From a virus: a stretch of 64,000 nt of DNA. The notes beneath the pieces were generated by a model that saw only the letters and a list, made by a program, of their open reading frames with translations, was not told the DNA's origin and ran no database searches. Location: positions 32,001 to 96,000 of IMG/VR virus record IMGVR_UViG_3300023174_000001; one strand, written 5' to 3'. Every line of letters starts with the position of its first letter. The stretch's first letter is position 1. Shown here piece by piece: positions 1 to 10,566 of this stretch. The position numbers and the translations under genes were made by a program.

Positions 1-163
1 GAAGTTCATGTAAAGGAAGACTGGACTAGCGAAGAAGTGATGGAAAGTTTCCCCGGCATAGTGGCTCATGAAGATTTTGCTATTACAGGAATTTACTTAG
101 CAAAGTTTGACAATACTAAGAAAAAGAAGTAGTATCTATAACACAAATGACAAAAGGACAATT

Positions 164-655
164 ATGCAAACATTCGTACCACTTACTAGCACTGCCACAG
201 ACATTGCTAAAGTTCTAGACAACAAGCGTCTCAACAAGCAAGCCCTAGAAGGCTGGCAGATTCTTATGACCCTGCTCGAACTAGACCCTGAAGGCAACCA
301 CCGAACACCTAAAGGCTGGGCTAATCACCCTGCCGTAAAGATGTGGCGTGGGCACGAGATGGCTCTGTTTATGTACATCTACGCAATGGTTGAAGAGTGG
401 AAGTCTCGTGGCTACAAGTCAACTATTGCTACCAAGGCTTGGAATACTGTTCAGGTTGCTATGGAAAGAAAACTAATTACTGAAGAAATCACGGCACCTG
501 CTTGGATAGAAGATGTTGAACTGTTTGAGAAAATTGCTTCTACCCACAGACTTGCTTTGCTATGCAAAGACTACGAGTGGTATTCGCAGTTCGGTTGGCC
601 AGAAGATACAGGCTCTAAACCAGAAGCATATGATTATTTCTGGCCAGTTGCCTAA
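164..655 (+). CDS. Pyrimidine-dimer DNA glycosylase-like protein (MSMEG_6728 family)
   Basis: MQTFVP...LDNKRLNKQ..E, W.NHPAVKMWRGHE and SHR/THR motifs; ATG at 164 follows an AAGGA RBS (ORF track starts at 107). Confidence 0.8.
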   Translation: MQTFVPLTSTATDIAKVLDNKRLNKQALEGWQILMTLLELDPEGNHRTPKGWANHPAVKMWRGHEMALFMYIYAMVEEWKSRGYKSTIATKAWNTVQVAMERKLITEEITAPAWIEDVELFEKIASTHRLALLCKDYEWYSQFGWPEDTGSKPEAYDYFWPVA

Positions 656-724
656 ATAATAGAACGGCGTGTCTCGCCCTGCTTTATTCTATAAAACAGT
701 GTATTCTTTTATAGAGGTAATCAT

Positions 725-1072
725 ATGAAAGATTCACGCAAAGGCGAAACACTCTGGAGTGAGTGGTTTGGCGGTGGCTACGAAAGAAACACTTCTAGTG
801 CCACTGTTTTCTACACTGAAGACCATATTGATATCCACAACGAAATAGTGAGACGAGCATTAGCCTCTGCCATTCAAAGAGACGGTATTACCGACTCTCT
901 TGGCGGGGCTTTTCGTTTACTTGACGGTCCAGTAATTGTCCTTGAAGGATACGCTGGATTTGTCGATGGAGACGATGAAATGACCTTATGTGATAAAGAT
1001 GGAATAACTACGCACGAAGATAATGCAGATAGCGTTATTCCTATCACTTGGGTTGAAATAAATGTCGATTGA
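725..1072 (+). CDS. Hypothetical protein
   Basis: ORF with GAGG RBS, overlaps the whiB start. Confidence 0.6.
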   Translation: MKDSRKGETLWSEWFGGGYERNTSSATVFYTEDHIDIHNEIVRRALASAIQRDGITDSLGGAFRLLDGPVIVLEGYAGFVDGDDEMTLCDKDGITTHEDNADSVIPITWVEINVD

Positions 1073-1529
1073 AAAAACTAAATGGCTAGCCGATTCCTTA
1101 TGTTCTAAAAAAGAGAATAAGCATATGATTGAGTGGTTCTTCTCGGAAGAGCCTGAAGAAAAGTATGCTGCTAAAAACTTATGCTTTGCTTGCCCTGTGC
1201 GAAAAGACTGTATCAAGTATGCTCTTGAAGAAAAGCAAATTTGGGGTGTATGGGGAGGTAGAGATGAAAACGAGATTCGTAGAATTCTATCCGTAGACGC
1301 TAATGGCGACGAATGCCGTAGAGAGCGTTATCCTCAGTGTCCGTTCTGTTTTGCCAGAACTGCCAAACTAAAAACTTATATTGTTGATTTGCCTGGTGGC
1401 GGTCGCTGGACTACCGCTCGTATGGTTGAGTGTACAGATTGTACTTTTGCTTGGCGTAGCCGTACAAGTGCTAATGCGGTAAACGCATACCACTTACAAA
1501 AAGAAGATAAGAAAAAGCCTAAGAAGTAA
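1062..1529 (+). CDS. whiB: WhiB-family Fe-S transcription factor with C-terminal Zn-ribbon extension
   Basis: C-x(n)-CxxCPVRKDC and WGVWGG motifs; extra CPFC and CTDC pairs. Confidence 0.88.
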   Translation: MSIEKTKWLADSLCSKKENKHMIEWFFSEEPEEKYAAKNLCFACPVRKDCIKYALEEKQIWGVWGGRDENEIRRILSVDANGDECRRERYPQCPFCFARTAKLKTYIVDLPGGGRWTTARMVECTDCTFAWRSRTSANAVNAYHLQKEDKKKPKK

Positions 1530-2732
1530 TTACAGTCTTACTGGAATTACGCTGATATTTTCTCTAGGGTCATAGTCTCCACCAAACACCATAGTCAATA
1601 GACCTGGCTTGGATTCTAATCCTGCTCTGTCCCTAAACCACTCTGAACCTGGGTCTGTTGTTGGGCACTGTACCCACAGACGGTCTCCGATATCCATTGT
1701 GCGGAAGTTGTGGAAGTGCCCTGACACCCACAGGTCTGCCCCACCTAGTGCGGTTTGACCTGCTGACTGCTGTGATAGGTACTTCAAGACATTGTTTTGA
1801 TTTGCTTGATGTCCGTGAAAAATACCAAGCATAGTTCCATTGATATCAACTGTAAGAGTTTGATGTCCAGATGCTGGATAACGGAACTCTACATGAGACA
1901 GTGCTGGGTTCTCAGCACAAGCATCTTGAACTGCTGAAGCAATCTCCACATTCCAACCATCTGCGGGGTCTGCTGACACTTGGCGAGTTACTTCATCGTG
2001 GTTTCCGTTTACTACTGGGACTATAAGCCTTTCGCAATAAGGGGCTAATGCTTTTATTTGTGCCATAAGCAATCTACGAGCAACTCTTACCTGCTCTGTA
2101 AGACCTAAGTCTGATGATGCTAAACCTTGAAGTCTTCCGTTCTGACTTGTATTGCCTTCAACATGGTCGCCCGGCAAACCTAGAACGATGGTGCCAAGAT
2201 TGAGACCCATTTTTTGTAGACCTTTGAAACGAGCCACCGATTGTGATGTCAGGTTTAGTAGTCTGTCAATTGATTGCTGAGTTCCACCAGAGCCAGTCTT
2301 CTTACCAATCTGCTGGTCGCTTGGGAATACCGCGTAAGCACCTTCACCAGTGCCCATCTTTATGCCACGCTCTGGCTTCCACTTTTTGATTTCATCAATT
2401 AGTTGCTCAGCATCAAGTTTTTCTGCTCGGTCAACACCAATTGGTAAAAGATTTACACGGACTGACTCTAGCCACTCACCGTGATAGGTCTGCCAGCGTG
2501 AGCGTCTTAGCGAAGCCACTGCCCAATCGTCAGGGTCTAGCCCAAACTCTTCAAGAATAGTTTTAGTGTCTGGGACTTCTCCAGCAGGTCTTGGCTTAGA
2601 AACAACAAAACCACCCTTAGATTCATCTACATCTAAGCGTGGTCGCCATTCTTCTGGAGTATTTGTGTATCTTATGTCAGAGCCAGATTTTCCTGGACTA
2701 GCCATATCTTCAAGACGGTCTGAGATGGTCAT
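1530..2732 (-). CDS. Calcineurin-like metallophosphoesterase / nuclease
   Basis: SDQQ, GDHVE, GNHD, FHGH, GHFH motifs; ATG at 2732 overlaps the upstream stop. Confidence 0.8.
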   Translation of the reverse strand: MTISDRLEDMASPGKSGSDIRYTNTPEEWRPRLDVDESKGGFVVSKPRPAGEVPDTKTILEEFGLDPDDWAVASLRRSRWQTYHGEWLESVRVNLLPIGVDRAEKLDAEQLIDEIKKWKPERGIKMGTGEGAYAVFPSDQQIGKKTGSGGTQQSIDRLLNLTSQSVARFKGLQKMGLNLGTIVLGLPGDHVEGNTSQNGRLQGLASSDLGLTEQVRVARRLLMAQIKALAPYCERLIVPVVNGNHDEVTRQVSADPADGWNVEIASAVQDACAENPALSHVEFRYPASGHQTLTVDINGTMLGIFHGHQANQNNVLKYLSQQSAGQTALGGADLWVSGHFHNFRTMDIGDRLWVQCPTTDPGSEWFRDRAGLESKPGLLTMVFGGDYDPRENISVIPVRL

Positions 2733-3004
2733 TATTTTCCTGCCACTAGATTGAAGCAACCGCAGTCTTTGCGACGGTGCCTATCAACGGTGCTTAGACT
2801 AATATCATAACCCTCTTCACGAAGTATCTTGGAAAGGGCAACATTGGTAACTCTGCCTGGAACACCTTCTGGAACATCAAAGGTTTCAATCAAAATCTTT
2901 TTATCTTTTTCAGACAGAACTTCTCCACCCAAAAGCAAGCCGATTTTACATAACTTAGTATTAGATTCTTTAGACGCTGATTGTAAGCGTTCTGATAGAG
3001 ACAT
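2732..3004 (-). CDS. Hypothetical small DNA-binding-like protein
   Basis: ORF coupled to the phosphoesterase; HTH-like segment ending RHRRKDCGC. Confidence 0.55.
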   Translation of the reverse strand: MSLSERLQSASKESNTKLCKIGLLLGGEVLSEKDKKILIETFDVPEGVPGRVTNVALSKILREEGYDISLSTVDRHRRKDCGCFNLVAGK

Positions 3005-3054
3005 ATCTAAATCCTTCGGTCAGGTCTGTCATTATTTATGATACTTGATAGCGG

Positions 3055-3396
3055 CTAAGAATTTACCCTTATATCAGCCTTTTTTGAACGGCGTGTCTTG
3101 GCTGGCTCTACTGGCAAATTTGGGATTAGGAATTCTTTTATAAGCGTCAATTCTGTTGTTGTCTTTATAGAGTGTGCTTCAATGGTGTTTACTCGGTCTG
3201 CTAGAGACGAGCCACCGTTTTCCCAGAGTTGGTGCTCTACTCTGTCTAGTCTGTCAGCAATCGTGCGACCATTTTTATCAACGCCAATTGCATCTCCAAT
3301 TCTTCTAGCGACCCTATAAATAGCGACAAGCGAGCCAATAATTATGCCTAGAGCAGTTATTACTGCTGCGATGGTTAGAATAAGTTCCTGAGCCAT
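3055..3396 (-). CDS. Single-TM membrane protein
   Basis: N-terminal hydrophobic helix; NGGSSL.D motif seen in actinophage membrane proteins. Confidence 0.6.
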   Translation of the reverse strand: MAQELILTIAAVITALGIIIGSLVAIYRVARRIGDAIGVDKNGRTIADRLDRVEHQLWENGGSSLADRVNTIEAHSIKTTTELTLIKEFLIPNLPVEPAKTRRSKKADIRVNS

Positions 3397-3584
3397 GGTT
3401 TAGAATAGAACTCTCGTTTTGGTCTTCGTAGTGAAGAATTATGATTATAACTATTGTATCAAAAAAGAAAATCCTTATTTTTTGTTGAGACTTGCGGCCT
3501 TTCTAAGATATTTGAATTACAAAGTGCTAATATGGTCAAACTAGAACAACGCAAAAAACGATAGAGAGACAGGCAACCTGTGGA

Positions 3585-6236
3585 TTGGGCAATGATTATC
3601 TGATGTCATCAGACCACAAAGAACGGCTAAAAAAGGCTACCGACTGGTACGCCAAGCAGAATTGGAAGATTCTCCCTTGCTACGGAATCAATGATTCTGG
3701 TCGCTGTACCTGTAATGGTCAGCACGATGAACCTAAAGATGTAGGTAAGCATCCAGCAATTGGAGATTGGAATACCCGTGCTTCCGATGATGAATTAGTT
3801 GTACAGACTTGGTGGACCAATTCCCCTGAGAACAATGTTGGCGTTGTATGCCAGAAGTCTGGCTTCTTTGTAATTGACATTGACCCACGCTCTGGTGGTA
3901 TTGACTCTTGGGAAAAGTTTCAAGAACTTATGGAGTATGACCTACCTGAAACCGTAGAAGCGTACACTGGTGCGTATTCCTACAACGGAAAAAATTCTCG
4001 TGGTCGCCACATCTATTACAGAATTGCCGACAGTGAAAAACTAATCGGAAACTTGAAATCTCTAAACTTGCCGGGCATTGACATCAAGCACAACGGTTAT
4101 GTTTTACTTGCACCGTCTCGCCACTTCTCTGGTGTGAATTACGAGTGGGTTGAGGGTAAGGCTCCTTGGCAAATTTCTATTGCGGATGCTAACGAAAAAC
4201 TGCTTTCAATTTTGCGTAAAGGTGGCCGTAGAAACACTGGAACTTCACTAGGAGACGGAGACTGGGGTTCTTTCTCTGAACTTGATTACAGTGGCGAATC
4301 TGTAGACATTGCTAAGTTTCTTGAGGAGGGTATTGACGAGGGCTCTCGTGCCGTAGATATCTATAAGTTGGCTTGTGCTCTTGCCAACAAGATGGGCGTG
4401 GATACCGAATACAAGCGTATGGCGATTGAAACACTGATGATTCGTTTCAACCACGAAAAGGTTCGCCCGCCTATGGAACTTGAGGGCCCGAATTCTTTGC
4501 TTATGCACACTCGTCGTGCCATTGAATTTGTTTCCAACAATCCAATTACAGAAGCGATTTGGCCTGGACTTCAAGATTGGGCTACTAAAAATAAAAATCA
4601 AAATGTTGCTGGCTATCAAGGTCAAGTAGAGCGTGAAAGTACTTCTGACCCAGATGATGTAGAGATTTATCAAAGCACCTCACTTCACGGAACCGTTGGT
4701 GGTGCCGTAGACGAGGCTGCTCGTAATGGAATTTCTATCGCTCAGGCTTTCGGTTCTGGCGACATTGACATTCCTAAAGACCCAGACGCTATCACTGAAG
4801 CAGAGGGTGGAACTCCAGGCAAGCGTTCCCTATCAGATATTGGTAATGGTCGTAGATTAGTAGACGCTTTTGGTTCTTCTGTTCGCTACACTCCAGGAAT
4901 TGGTTGGTTTATTTGGAACGGTCAGTACTGGAAAGCCGATGCGGAAGATTTAGGTATGCAGGAGTTGGCTAAGAAACTAGCACCAATCATTGCTTCTGAA
5001 GTTTCTCAGTACGATGACCAAGACAAGAAAAACGATGTCGTAAAGTGGGCTGGACAAGCCAAGGCTAATGGTCGCCTAAACAGTGCCATTGATAGTGCCA
5101 ACTCTGATACTCGTGTTGTCACAGCAGTTGAGTCTTGGGATGGAGATAAGCATCTTCTAGGCGTAGCAAATGGTGTAGTTGATTTGAAAACTGGTGAACT
5201 CATAAAAGGTAGACCAGAACTTCACATTACAAAGAGAGCACCTGTTGGCTATACTCAAGGACTACGCAATGTTCGTTGGGAGCAGTTTGTTGACTTTGCT
5301 ACTGGTGGAGATAAAGAACTTCAAGAATGGCTTCAGCGTGCTGCTGGATACACTCTTACTGGTTTGAATACTCAAGATGTTATGTTCTTGGTTTACGGTC
5401 CGCCGGGTTCTGGTAAGAACACATTTGTTGAAGCACTCGTAAAAGCATTAGGCACTCAGCAATACTCTTGGCCTCTAGACTCAAGTATCCTTGCCGCTAA
5501 TGATGGGTCATCTAGTAGCACTGACCTATACCACTGGGCGGAACTTCGTGGTCGTCGTATGGTTTGGGTTGACGAGTTACCAGACTCCGAGCGTCTAAAA
5601 GAAAACTCGGTAAAGAAACTTACTGGCTCATCTGAAATTTCTGCTCGTTCTCCAGGTGAAAAGCCATTCACATTTGAGTCAAGTGCTAAGTTGTGGGTCA
5701 CCACCAACCACAGACCTATCATTACTGACGAGGCTATGTGGAGAAGACTTCGCCCTGTGCCTTGGAGCAATGTTCCAGATAATCCAGACCCTGACCTAAA
5801 GGCTTACTTGTTTGACCCTGAGGGTGCTCTACCTGCTGTGCTGTCTTGGGCTGTCGAGGGAGCAATAAGATATTTGAACTCTAGTGCTAGAGACCCTCTT
5901 GGTTGGTGTACTGCTGTAAAAACTGCTGGCGAGATGTACCAAAAGAACGAAGACCGCATTGGTATGTTCTTGGAAGAAGAGACTAAGGAATCTAATGGTG
6001 GCTCCTTGGCTGTAAAGAACCTTTACTCTGTCTACCGTATGTGGTCAGAAGACCGCGGTGAAAGGGCTATGACTCAGATTGCGTTTCAGCGTAAACTCTC
6101 TGACCGTGGTCTTGATATAGTAGGACAAGGCTCTAGAGCAGAGATTCAGAATATGATTCTCTTGCCTAAGGCAGTACCAACATCAACTGATGTTGACTGG
6201 AGTGTTGTAAACAGATTCAATACAAACCGTTTCTAA
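3585..6236 (+). CDS. Bifunctional primase-polymerase fused to P4/D5-type SF3 helicase
   Basis: Prim-pol motifs (GKHP, DIDPR, GRHIYY, APSRH); D5_N-like SDIGNGRR; Walker A GPPGSGKNT. Confidence 0.92.
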   Translation: MGNDYLMSSDHKERLKKATDWYAKQNWKILPCYGINDSGRCTCNGQHDEPKDVGKHPAIGDWNTRASDDELVVQTWWTNSPENNVGVVCQKSGFFVIDIDPRSGGIDSWEKFQELMEYDLPETVEAYTGAYSYNGKNSRGRHIYYRIADSEKLIGNLKSLNLPGIDIKHNGYVLLAPSRHFSGVNYEWVEGKAPWQISIADANEKLLSILRKGGRRNTGTSLGDGDWGSFSELDYSGESVDIAKFLEEGIDEGSRAVDIYKLACALANKMGVDTEYKRMAIETLMIRFNHEKVRPPMELEGPNSLLMHTRRAIEFVSNNPITEAIWPGLQDWATKNKNQNVAGYQGQVERESTSDPDDVEIYQSTSLHGTVGGAVDEAARNGISIAQAFGSGDIDIPKDPDAITEAEGGTPGKRSLSDIGNGRRLVDAFGSSVRYTPGIGWFIWNGQYWKADAEDLGMQELAKKLAPIIASEVSQYDDQDKKNDVVKWAGQAKANGRLNSAIDSANSDTRVVTAVESWDGDKHLLGVANGVVDLKTGELIKGRPELHITKRAPVGYTQGLRNVRWEQFVDFATGGDKELQEWLQRAAGYTLTGLNTQDVMFLVYGPPGSGKNTFVEALVKALGTQQYSWPLDSSILAANDGSSSSTDLYHWAELRGRRMVWVDELPDSERLKENSVKKLTGSSEISARSPGEKPFTFESSAKLWVTTNHRPIITDEAMWRRLRPVPWSNVPDNPDPDLKAYLFDPEGALPAVLSWAVEGAIRYLNSSARDPLGWCTAVKTAGEMYQKNEDRIGMFLEEETKESNGGSLAVKNLYSVYRMWSEDRGERAMTQIAFQRKLSDRGLDIVGQGSRAEIQNMILLPKAVPTSTDVDWSVVNRFNTNRF

Positions 6237-6344
6237 GCACTTACCTACACAGATATGTTGTAGAGTAAAAATGTCTAGTTGCGGGAGAGTAACAAGATAG
6301 GGCTGGGGTCGCAAGACCTCAGTCCTCCTAACAGAAAGATAAAT

Positions 6345-7196
6345 ATGAAAATTGTAATTGGTACACCTATGTATGGTGGAAACTCTAAGAGCGTCTATGT
6401 ATCTTGCTTGACGCAACTCACTGCTTTACTAAATCAGGCAGGGCATCAAGTAAACCTTATGTCTATTACTAACGAAAGCCTAATCACTAGAGCAAGAAAT
6501 ACTCTTGCTCATATGTTTATGAAGAGCGATGCCGATGCTTTGCTATTTATTGATGGCGACCACGGATGGGTTTCTGAAGACATTGTAAAGATGGTCAACT
6601 CAGGTAAAGACCTTATTGGTGCCATCTACCCTATGAAGTCCATCAATTGGGACAATGTTCGTAAGGCTGCTCTTGCTGGTAGAGAAAATCTCGAACTCTA
6701 CTCTGGAAACTTTGCTGTTAATTTTTTGCCAGACTCTCAGACTTTTAAAGCAGACGAGCCTTTTAAGGTTCGTGATGTTGGTACTGGAATGATGTTTATT
6801 CGTCGTAATGTTTTTGAGGAGATGGCTAAATCAGATTTAGTTGCTAAATATAGAAACAACTCTCCTACTATTGAAATTGAAATGGGCGAAGAAATTAATG
6901 AGTTTTTTACTACTTACATCACGCCTGAGCCAGAGTCTATTCTTTTATCTGAAGACTATGCTTTCTGCGACATTTGGCGTAAGTTAGGTCACGATGCGTA
7001 CGCTGCTCCTTGGGTAAGAATTACTCACGCTGGTGAATATAACTTCCCTGGCTACTTCCTGAATACTTTAGAGATTCAAGGACAAGTGGAAGGTACTACA
7101 AATGGAACTTTTAGCCAGCCAGTCCCTACTGAATTGAGTCAATCAGATTCTTTACAGTCGTTGGATACCATAATCGCTGATTCTGAGTTGGAATAG
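6345..7196 (+). CDS. Glycosyltransferase (GT-A fold)-like protein
   Basis: IGTPMYGG, ESLITRARN, FIDGD, GTGMM, LSEDY motifs. Confidence 0.7.
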   Translation: MKIVIGTPMYGGNSKSVYVSCLTQLTALLNQAGHQVNLMSITNESLITRARNTLAHMFMKSDADALLFIDGDHGWVSEDIVKMVNSGKDLIGAIYPMKSINWDNVRKAALAGRENLELYSGNFAVNFLPDSQTFKADEPFKVRDVGTGMMFIRRNVFEEMAKSDLVAKYRNNSPTIEIEMGEEINEFFTTYITPEPESILLSEDYAFCDIWRKLGHDAYAAPWVRITHAGEYNFPGYFLNTLEIQGQVEGTTNGTFSQPVPTELSQSDSLQSLDTIIADSELE

Positions 7197-7785
7197 AGTC
7201 TCGGTTTAGTCCGTCAGCAATCTTTTTAAATGAAGCCCCCTGAGAGCGTTCAAAGATAATTCGGTCTTTGATTTCTTGGGGGGTTTTGTTCATTGGCCCC
7301 ATGTCTACTCCCCAAACAATTCCACGCTGGCGACGGTCTTTATGGACATCCTTCTGTCGCTCAGAGATAATCCCACGCTCCATCTCAGCCAAAGCAGACA
7401 TAATCGTAACCACGAAACGCCCTTGATAGGTGGAGGTGTCTAAGTTTAGGTCAAGCATTACCAAACGCCAATTGTTTACATTAGCCCTATCTACAATGCT
7501 CAAGAAGTCCTTCGTAGAGCGTGCCAAACGGTCTATGCGGGTGACAAATATTGCTTTGGCTTCTCCACTATCCAACCGTTTCAAAGCGTCTGTAAGGGCT
7601 GGTCTGCCCGTAATTGACTTACCTGAACGACCTTCTTCCCTAACAACTTCTACATTCTCGTACCCTGCTAGTTTGGCGGCTTGCTCTAGTTGTCTAGTCT
7701 GAACATCTAGGCTCACTCCGTCGCTGGCTTGAAGTTGAGTAGAGACTCTTGTATATAATAAAGCCAAATCTTTATTCGGTTCCAT
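7126..7785 (-). CDS. Serine recombinase (resolvase family)
   Basis: YTRVST catalytic Ser, SGKS...RP, RIDRLARS; short C-terminal DNA-binding part. Confidence 0.92.
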   Translation of the reverse strand: MEPNKDLALLYTRVSTQLQASDGVSLDVQTRQLEQAAKLAGYENVEVVREEGRSGKSITGRPALTDALKRLDSGEAKAIFVTRIDRLARSTKDFLSIVDRANVNNWRLVMLDLNLDTSTYQGRFVVTIMSALAEMERGIISERQKDVHKDRRQRGIVWGVDMGPMNKTPQEIKDRIIFERSQGASFKKIADGLNRDSIPTQNQRLWYPTTVKNLIDSIQ

Positions 7786-8128
7786 TGGTATCCGTCTGTT
7801 TTCCTTGTGCCAACTGAACCTTACGCTTTTTCTTATATTCTTTTGCCAAATGCTGTTCAGTTTTGTTCTTAGCGTGTACGGTCTTAATCATTTCTAATGA
7901 GCAACTTCTGAATGACTCCATCTTTCTTGACCCACCCCAGACATCTATCCACTCTTTACCTTTTTCGGTTTTTACATATTTTATAAATATGTATCTACCA
8001 GACCAGCCTTGAATTTTTAGTTCCGTGCCGGGCCTCACATTGCGACCATTGATTTGCATCTCAGTAGTAATTTCCCAAAGTGCGTTTGGTTTTACTGACT
8101 CTACAATTTGTTGTTTCTTTTTAGACAT
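7772..8128 (-). CDS. Hypothetical protein
   Basis: ORF with GGAG RBS, overlaps the recombinase start. Confidence 0.6.
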   Translation of the reverse strand: MSKKKQQIVESVKPNALWEITTEMQINGRNVRPGTELKIQGWSGRYIFIKYVKTEKGKEWIDVWGGSRKMESFRSCSLEMIKTVHAKNKTEQHLAKEYKKKRKVQLAQGKQTDTNGTE

Positions 8129-8158
8129 TGCTTACTCCTATCGGTAAAGACAAGCCTA

Positions 8159-9256
8159 TCATAAAGATATAGTTTTGTCAATACCCACATATTCGTGTGA
8201 ATAACTCCAGCGATTTGGGTCGATGCTCCATCTCGCTTTTCCGTCTAAGTTTAGGCCGTCTGTGCGACGCTTATGATTTTTAGATGTCGGTTTCCACAGT
8301 GCTGACTGGTCTCTGTACCCGCCAAGGCGTGGATGGCTGGTCTTAGAAAAATATCTTTTGCCGTTGTCTAAATAGTGCTGGGCAACGGCTTCTGAAATTT
8401 TTGGTCCAAAGCCAAACCCTTGAAAATCTGGTAGCACCACAAGACGGTGCTCTCTGTATGCTTCTTTTACTGTTCCAGACGGGTAAGCAAGTGAAGATGC
8501 AAACCCTACTACTGACCCGTTCCAGAGTGCCAAGTAGCAGTGTGCTGACTTGTTGAGCGATTCGGAGAGATAGTGGTGCGGAGCAAAGTGCTTCCAAACT
8601 TCGTTTGAGCAAGGATGGATTTCAAGAACCAAGTCTGGTCGATGAAGATACCTTCCCGAAGCCCACTCGCCTCTGTCAGTGTCAATAATCCAATCTGGTT
8701 CTAGATACTCAAGTACATCTCTATGACAAGTAGCAAGAACTATACCTTTTACATTATTTTTTCTGACATAGCGAGCCATCGCAGTTGAGGCAGCCTTAGC
8801 AACATTGCGGTCAATCACAGAAGTAAACTCGTCAATCAAAGCATTGTTGTGTAGAGAACGAGCCAAGTCAGCACGAAACTGCTGGCCATTTGAAAGTACA
8901 TTGTAAGGTTTTACCCACTCTGGCACCGACATAAGTCCAGCAGCAGAAAGTTTTTCATTAGCGTCTACTGGAGTATTGAAGTGCGAGGCTATTGATTGAT
9001 TTTCTTGCCAAATAAGTTTTTCTTGGATAGTCCCGAATTGGGACAAAAGTTTTGATTTTCCAGTTCCAGATGCCCCAACAATAACCCCGATGCCAAAGTC
9101 TTTAGGTAGGTCTGTAGGTAGCAGATACGGGAAAAACTGCTCTGTTCCATCTGATTTGTAGTCAAAAGGTTTTATCAGTTCTTGAGTAATATCATCTAAA
9201 ACTACCCGTGAAATAAGGGGAGTCTGAGAACGCTCTAAAGGTTTCCAGTCAGTCAT
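8159..9256 (-). CDS. ABC-type ATPase fused to GNAT acetyltransferase
   Basis: GASGTGKS, LSNGQ, IDEFTS; C-terminal RLVVLPDFQGFGFG acetyl-CoA motif. Confidence 0.85.
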   Translation of the reverse strand: MTDWKPLERSQTPLISRVVLDDITQELIKPFDYKSDGTEQFFPYLLPTDLPKDFGIGVIVGASGTGKSKLLSQFGTIQEKLIWQENQSIASHFNTPVDANEKLSAAGLMSVPEWVKPYNVLSNGQQFRADLARSLHNNALIDEFTSVIDRNVAKAASTAMARYVRKNNVKGIVLATCHRDVLEYLEPDWIIDTDRGEWASGRYLHRPDLVLEIHPCSNEVWKHFAPHHYLSESLNKSAHCYLALWNGSVVGFASSLAYPSGTVKEAYREHRLVVLPDFQGFGFGPKISEAVAQHYLDNGKRYFSKTSHPRLGGYRDQSALWKPTSKNHKRRTDGLNLDGKARWSIDPNRWSYSHEYVGIDKTISL

Positions 9257-9458
9257 AAAGATAGCCTAGCACCCGGCGTGCGACAATTGTTGTATATGGG
9301 ACAACAAAATAAAGTGCCAGACCCTTACAGGTGTCAAGTATGTAATTCCTTTTTTGTGGTACAAATGCTGGCTCGGTGCTGTGAGATGAAGCACGATGGA
9401 GTTGTCTTTGAGAGACGGCCTGAGCAGGAGCCTAGACCTAAATCAAAGGAATAAGTTA

Positions 9459-9704
9459 TTACCACTTGCCAAGTGGACACTTGGCTGCTTCTAATTTTGT
9501 CTTGAATTCCATAAAGCATCCGCATTGCTTACACTGGTCTACTACTTTGATAAGTTCTGGACACTCTCTACAGATAGCCATACGACCAGCAGCGTGACTT
9601 TCGTCAATCTTACGGGTCTTAGGGTTTAGCAGGTCTAACGGTGTTACACCGTTCTTTTCCTTGTACTGCTCCCAACGAGATTTTTTAGGCTCAGTGCTCA
9701 CCAT
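9459..9704 (-). CDS. Small Cys-rich protein
   Basis: CRECP, CKQCGC, CPLGKW. Confidence 0.65.
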   Translation of the reverse strand: MVSTEPKKSRWEQYKEKNGVTPLDLLNPKTRKIDESHAAGRMAICRECPELIKVVDQCKQCGCFMEFKTKLEAAKCPLGKW

Positions 9705-10086
9705 GGAACCTGTCTAAAGTAGTCATATCTGTATCTAATATCACAAACTCATTATTGACAAACAAGGCATTTGGAGACGACACATACATTCCATAAGGAT
9801 AATCTAAAAGGCTAAGTACTTGTGGGTTGCTTAGTAGAATGCTTCCAAAATATTCAGTGGTCTGTAGTTCTTCTAAAACTGTACCTTCTTTTAAAAATCT
9901 AACTGTAATGCCATTGTGTTCTGGGTAGTTAGCGGAGATATCCACTACCTCGTCTGCCTCTTGAAAAATAGTGGCGTGTCCTACATAAAGTGGTAAATCA
10001 TAGACGCACTGGGTATCTATAACCCAGACTAGGGGTACACCATTTACACCTTTGTGTACAAATTCAAGAGAACTATCTGTAAGCAT
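9691..10086 (-). CDS. Hypothetical protein
   Basis: ORF in the tail-fibre operon, AGGA RBS. Confidence 0.6.
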   Translation of the reverse strand: MLTDSSLEFVHKGVNGVPLVWVIDTQCVYDLPLYVGHATIFQEADEVVDISANYPEHNGITVRFLKEGTVLEELQTTEYFGSILLSNPQVLSLLDYPYGMYVSSPNALFVNNEFVILDTDMTTLDRFHGEH

Positions 10087-10095
10087 TTTATTATC

Positions 10096-10566
10096 CTAAC
10101 AGTTGTTTGGGTCAAAACCAGAGCCTGATGATGGAGAACAAGTCGCACCTGCTCCATATGGACCACAGGTGGAGGTTGATGTACAACAGCCGTAGGCAAT
10201 CTGTGCTGAAGTACATCTCCTATTAGTTCCAGTAGTTACCGTCATTGTAGAACTAAGCGTATTAGAACTTTCAGTTGCTCCTCCACCTGGATTGTTTACA
10301 GCAGTAATTGTAAAGGTATAAGTTCCATCAGTTGTTGGAGTTCCGCTAATATTTACATAAGTGTTAGCAAGATAAGTAAATGTCATTCCTGTAGGAATAG
10401 AGCCCGTTGTGACGCTTGCAGATGTAAAGTTAGAAACAACAAAACTGAGAGCGTACCCATATCCAGTGTAATAACTGCCAGTAAAAGTTCCAAAATAAAA
10501 ATTTGGTGTAGGTGCAACACTTACACCTTTTAGGGAACCAATCAGACCAGCAACTACACCAGACAT
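10096..10566 (-). CDS. Putative Ig-like virion/fibre-associated protein with Cys-rich tail
   Basis: ISGTPTTDGTYTFTITA putative-Ig motif. Confidence 0.6.
   Translation of the reverse strand: MSGVVAGLIGSLKGVSVAPTPNFYFGTFTGSYYTGYGYALSFVVSNFTSASVTTGSIPTGMTFTYLANTYVNISGTPTTDGTYTFTITAVNNPGGGATESSNTLSSTMTVTTGTNRRCTSAQIAYGCCTSTSTCGPYGAGATCSPSSGSGFDPNNC

Noticed and set aside
7126-7785. IS607 element or prophage integrase
   Set aside because: No N-terminal HTH, no tnpB, too short for a large serine integrase, and no att or host boundary visible
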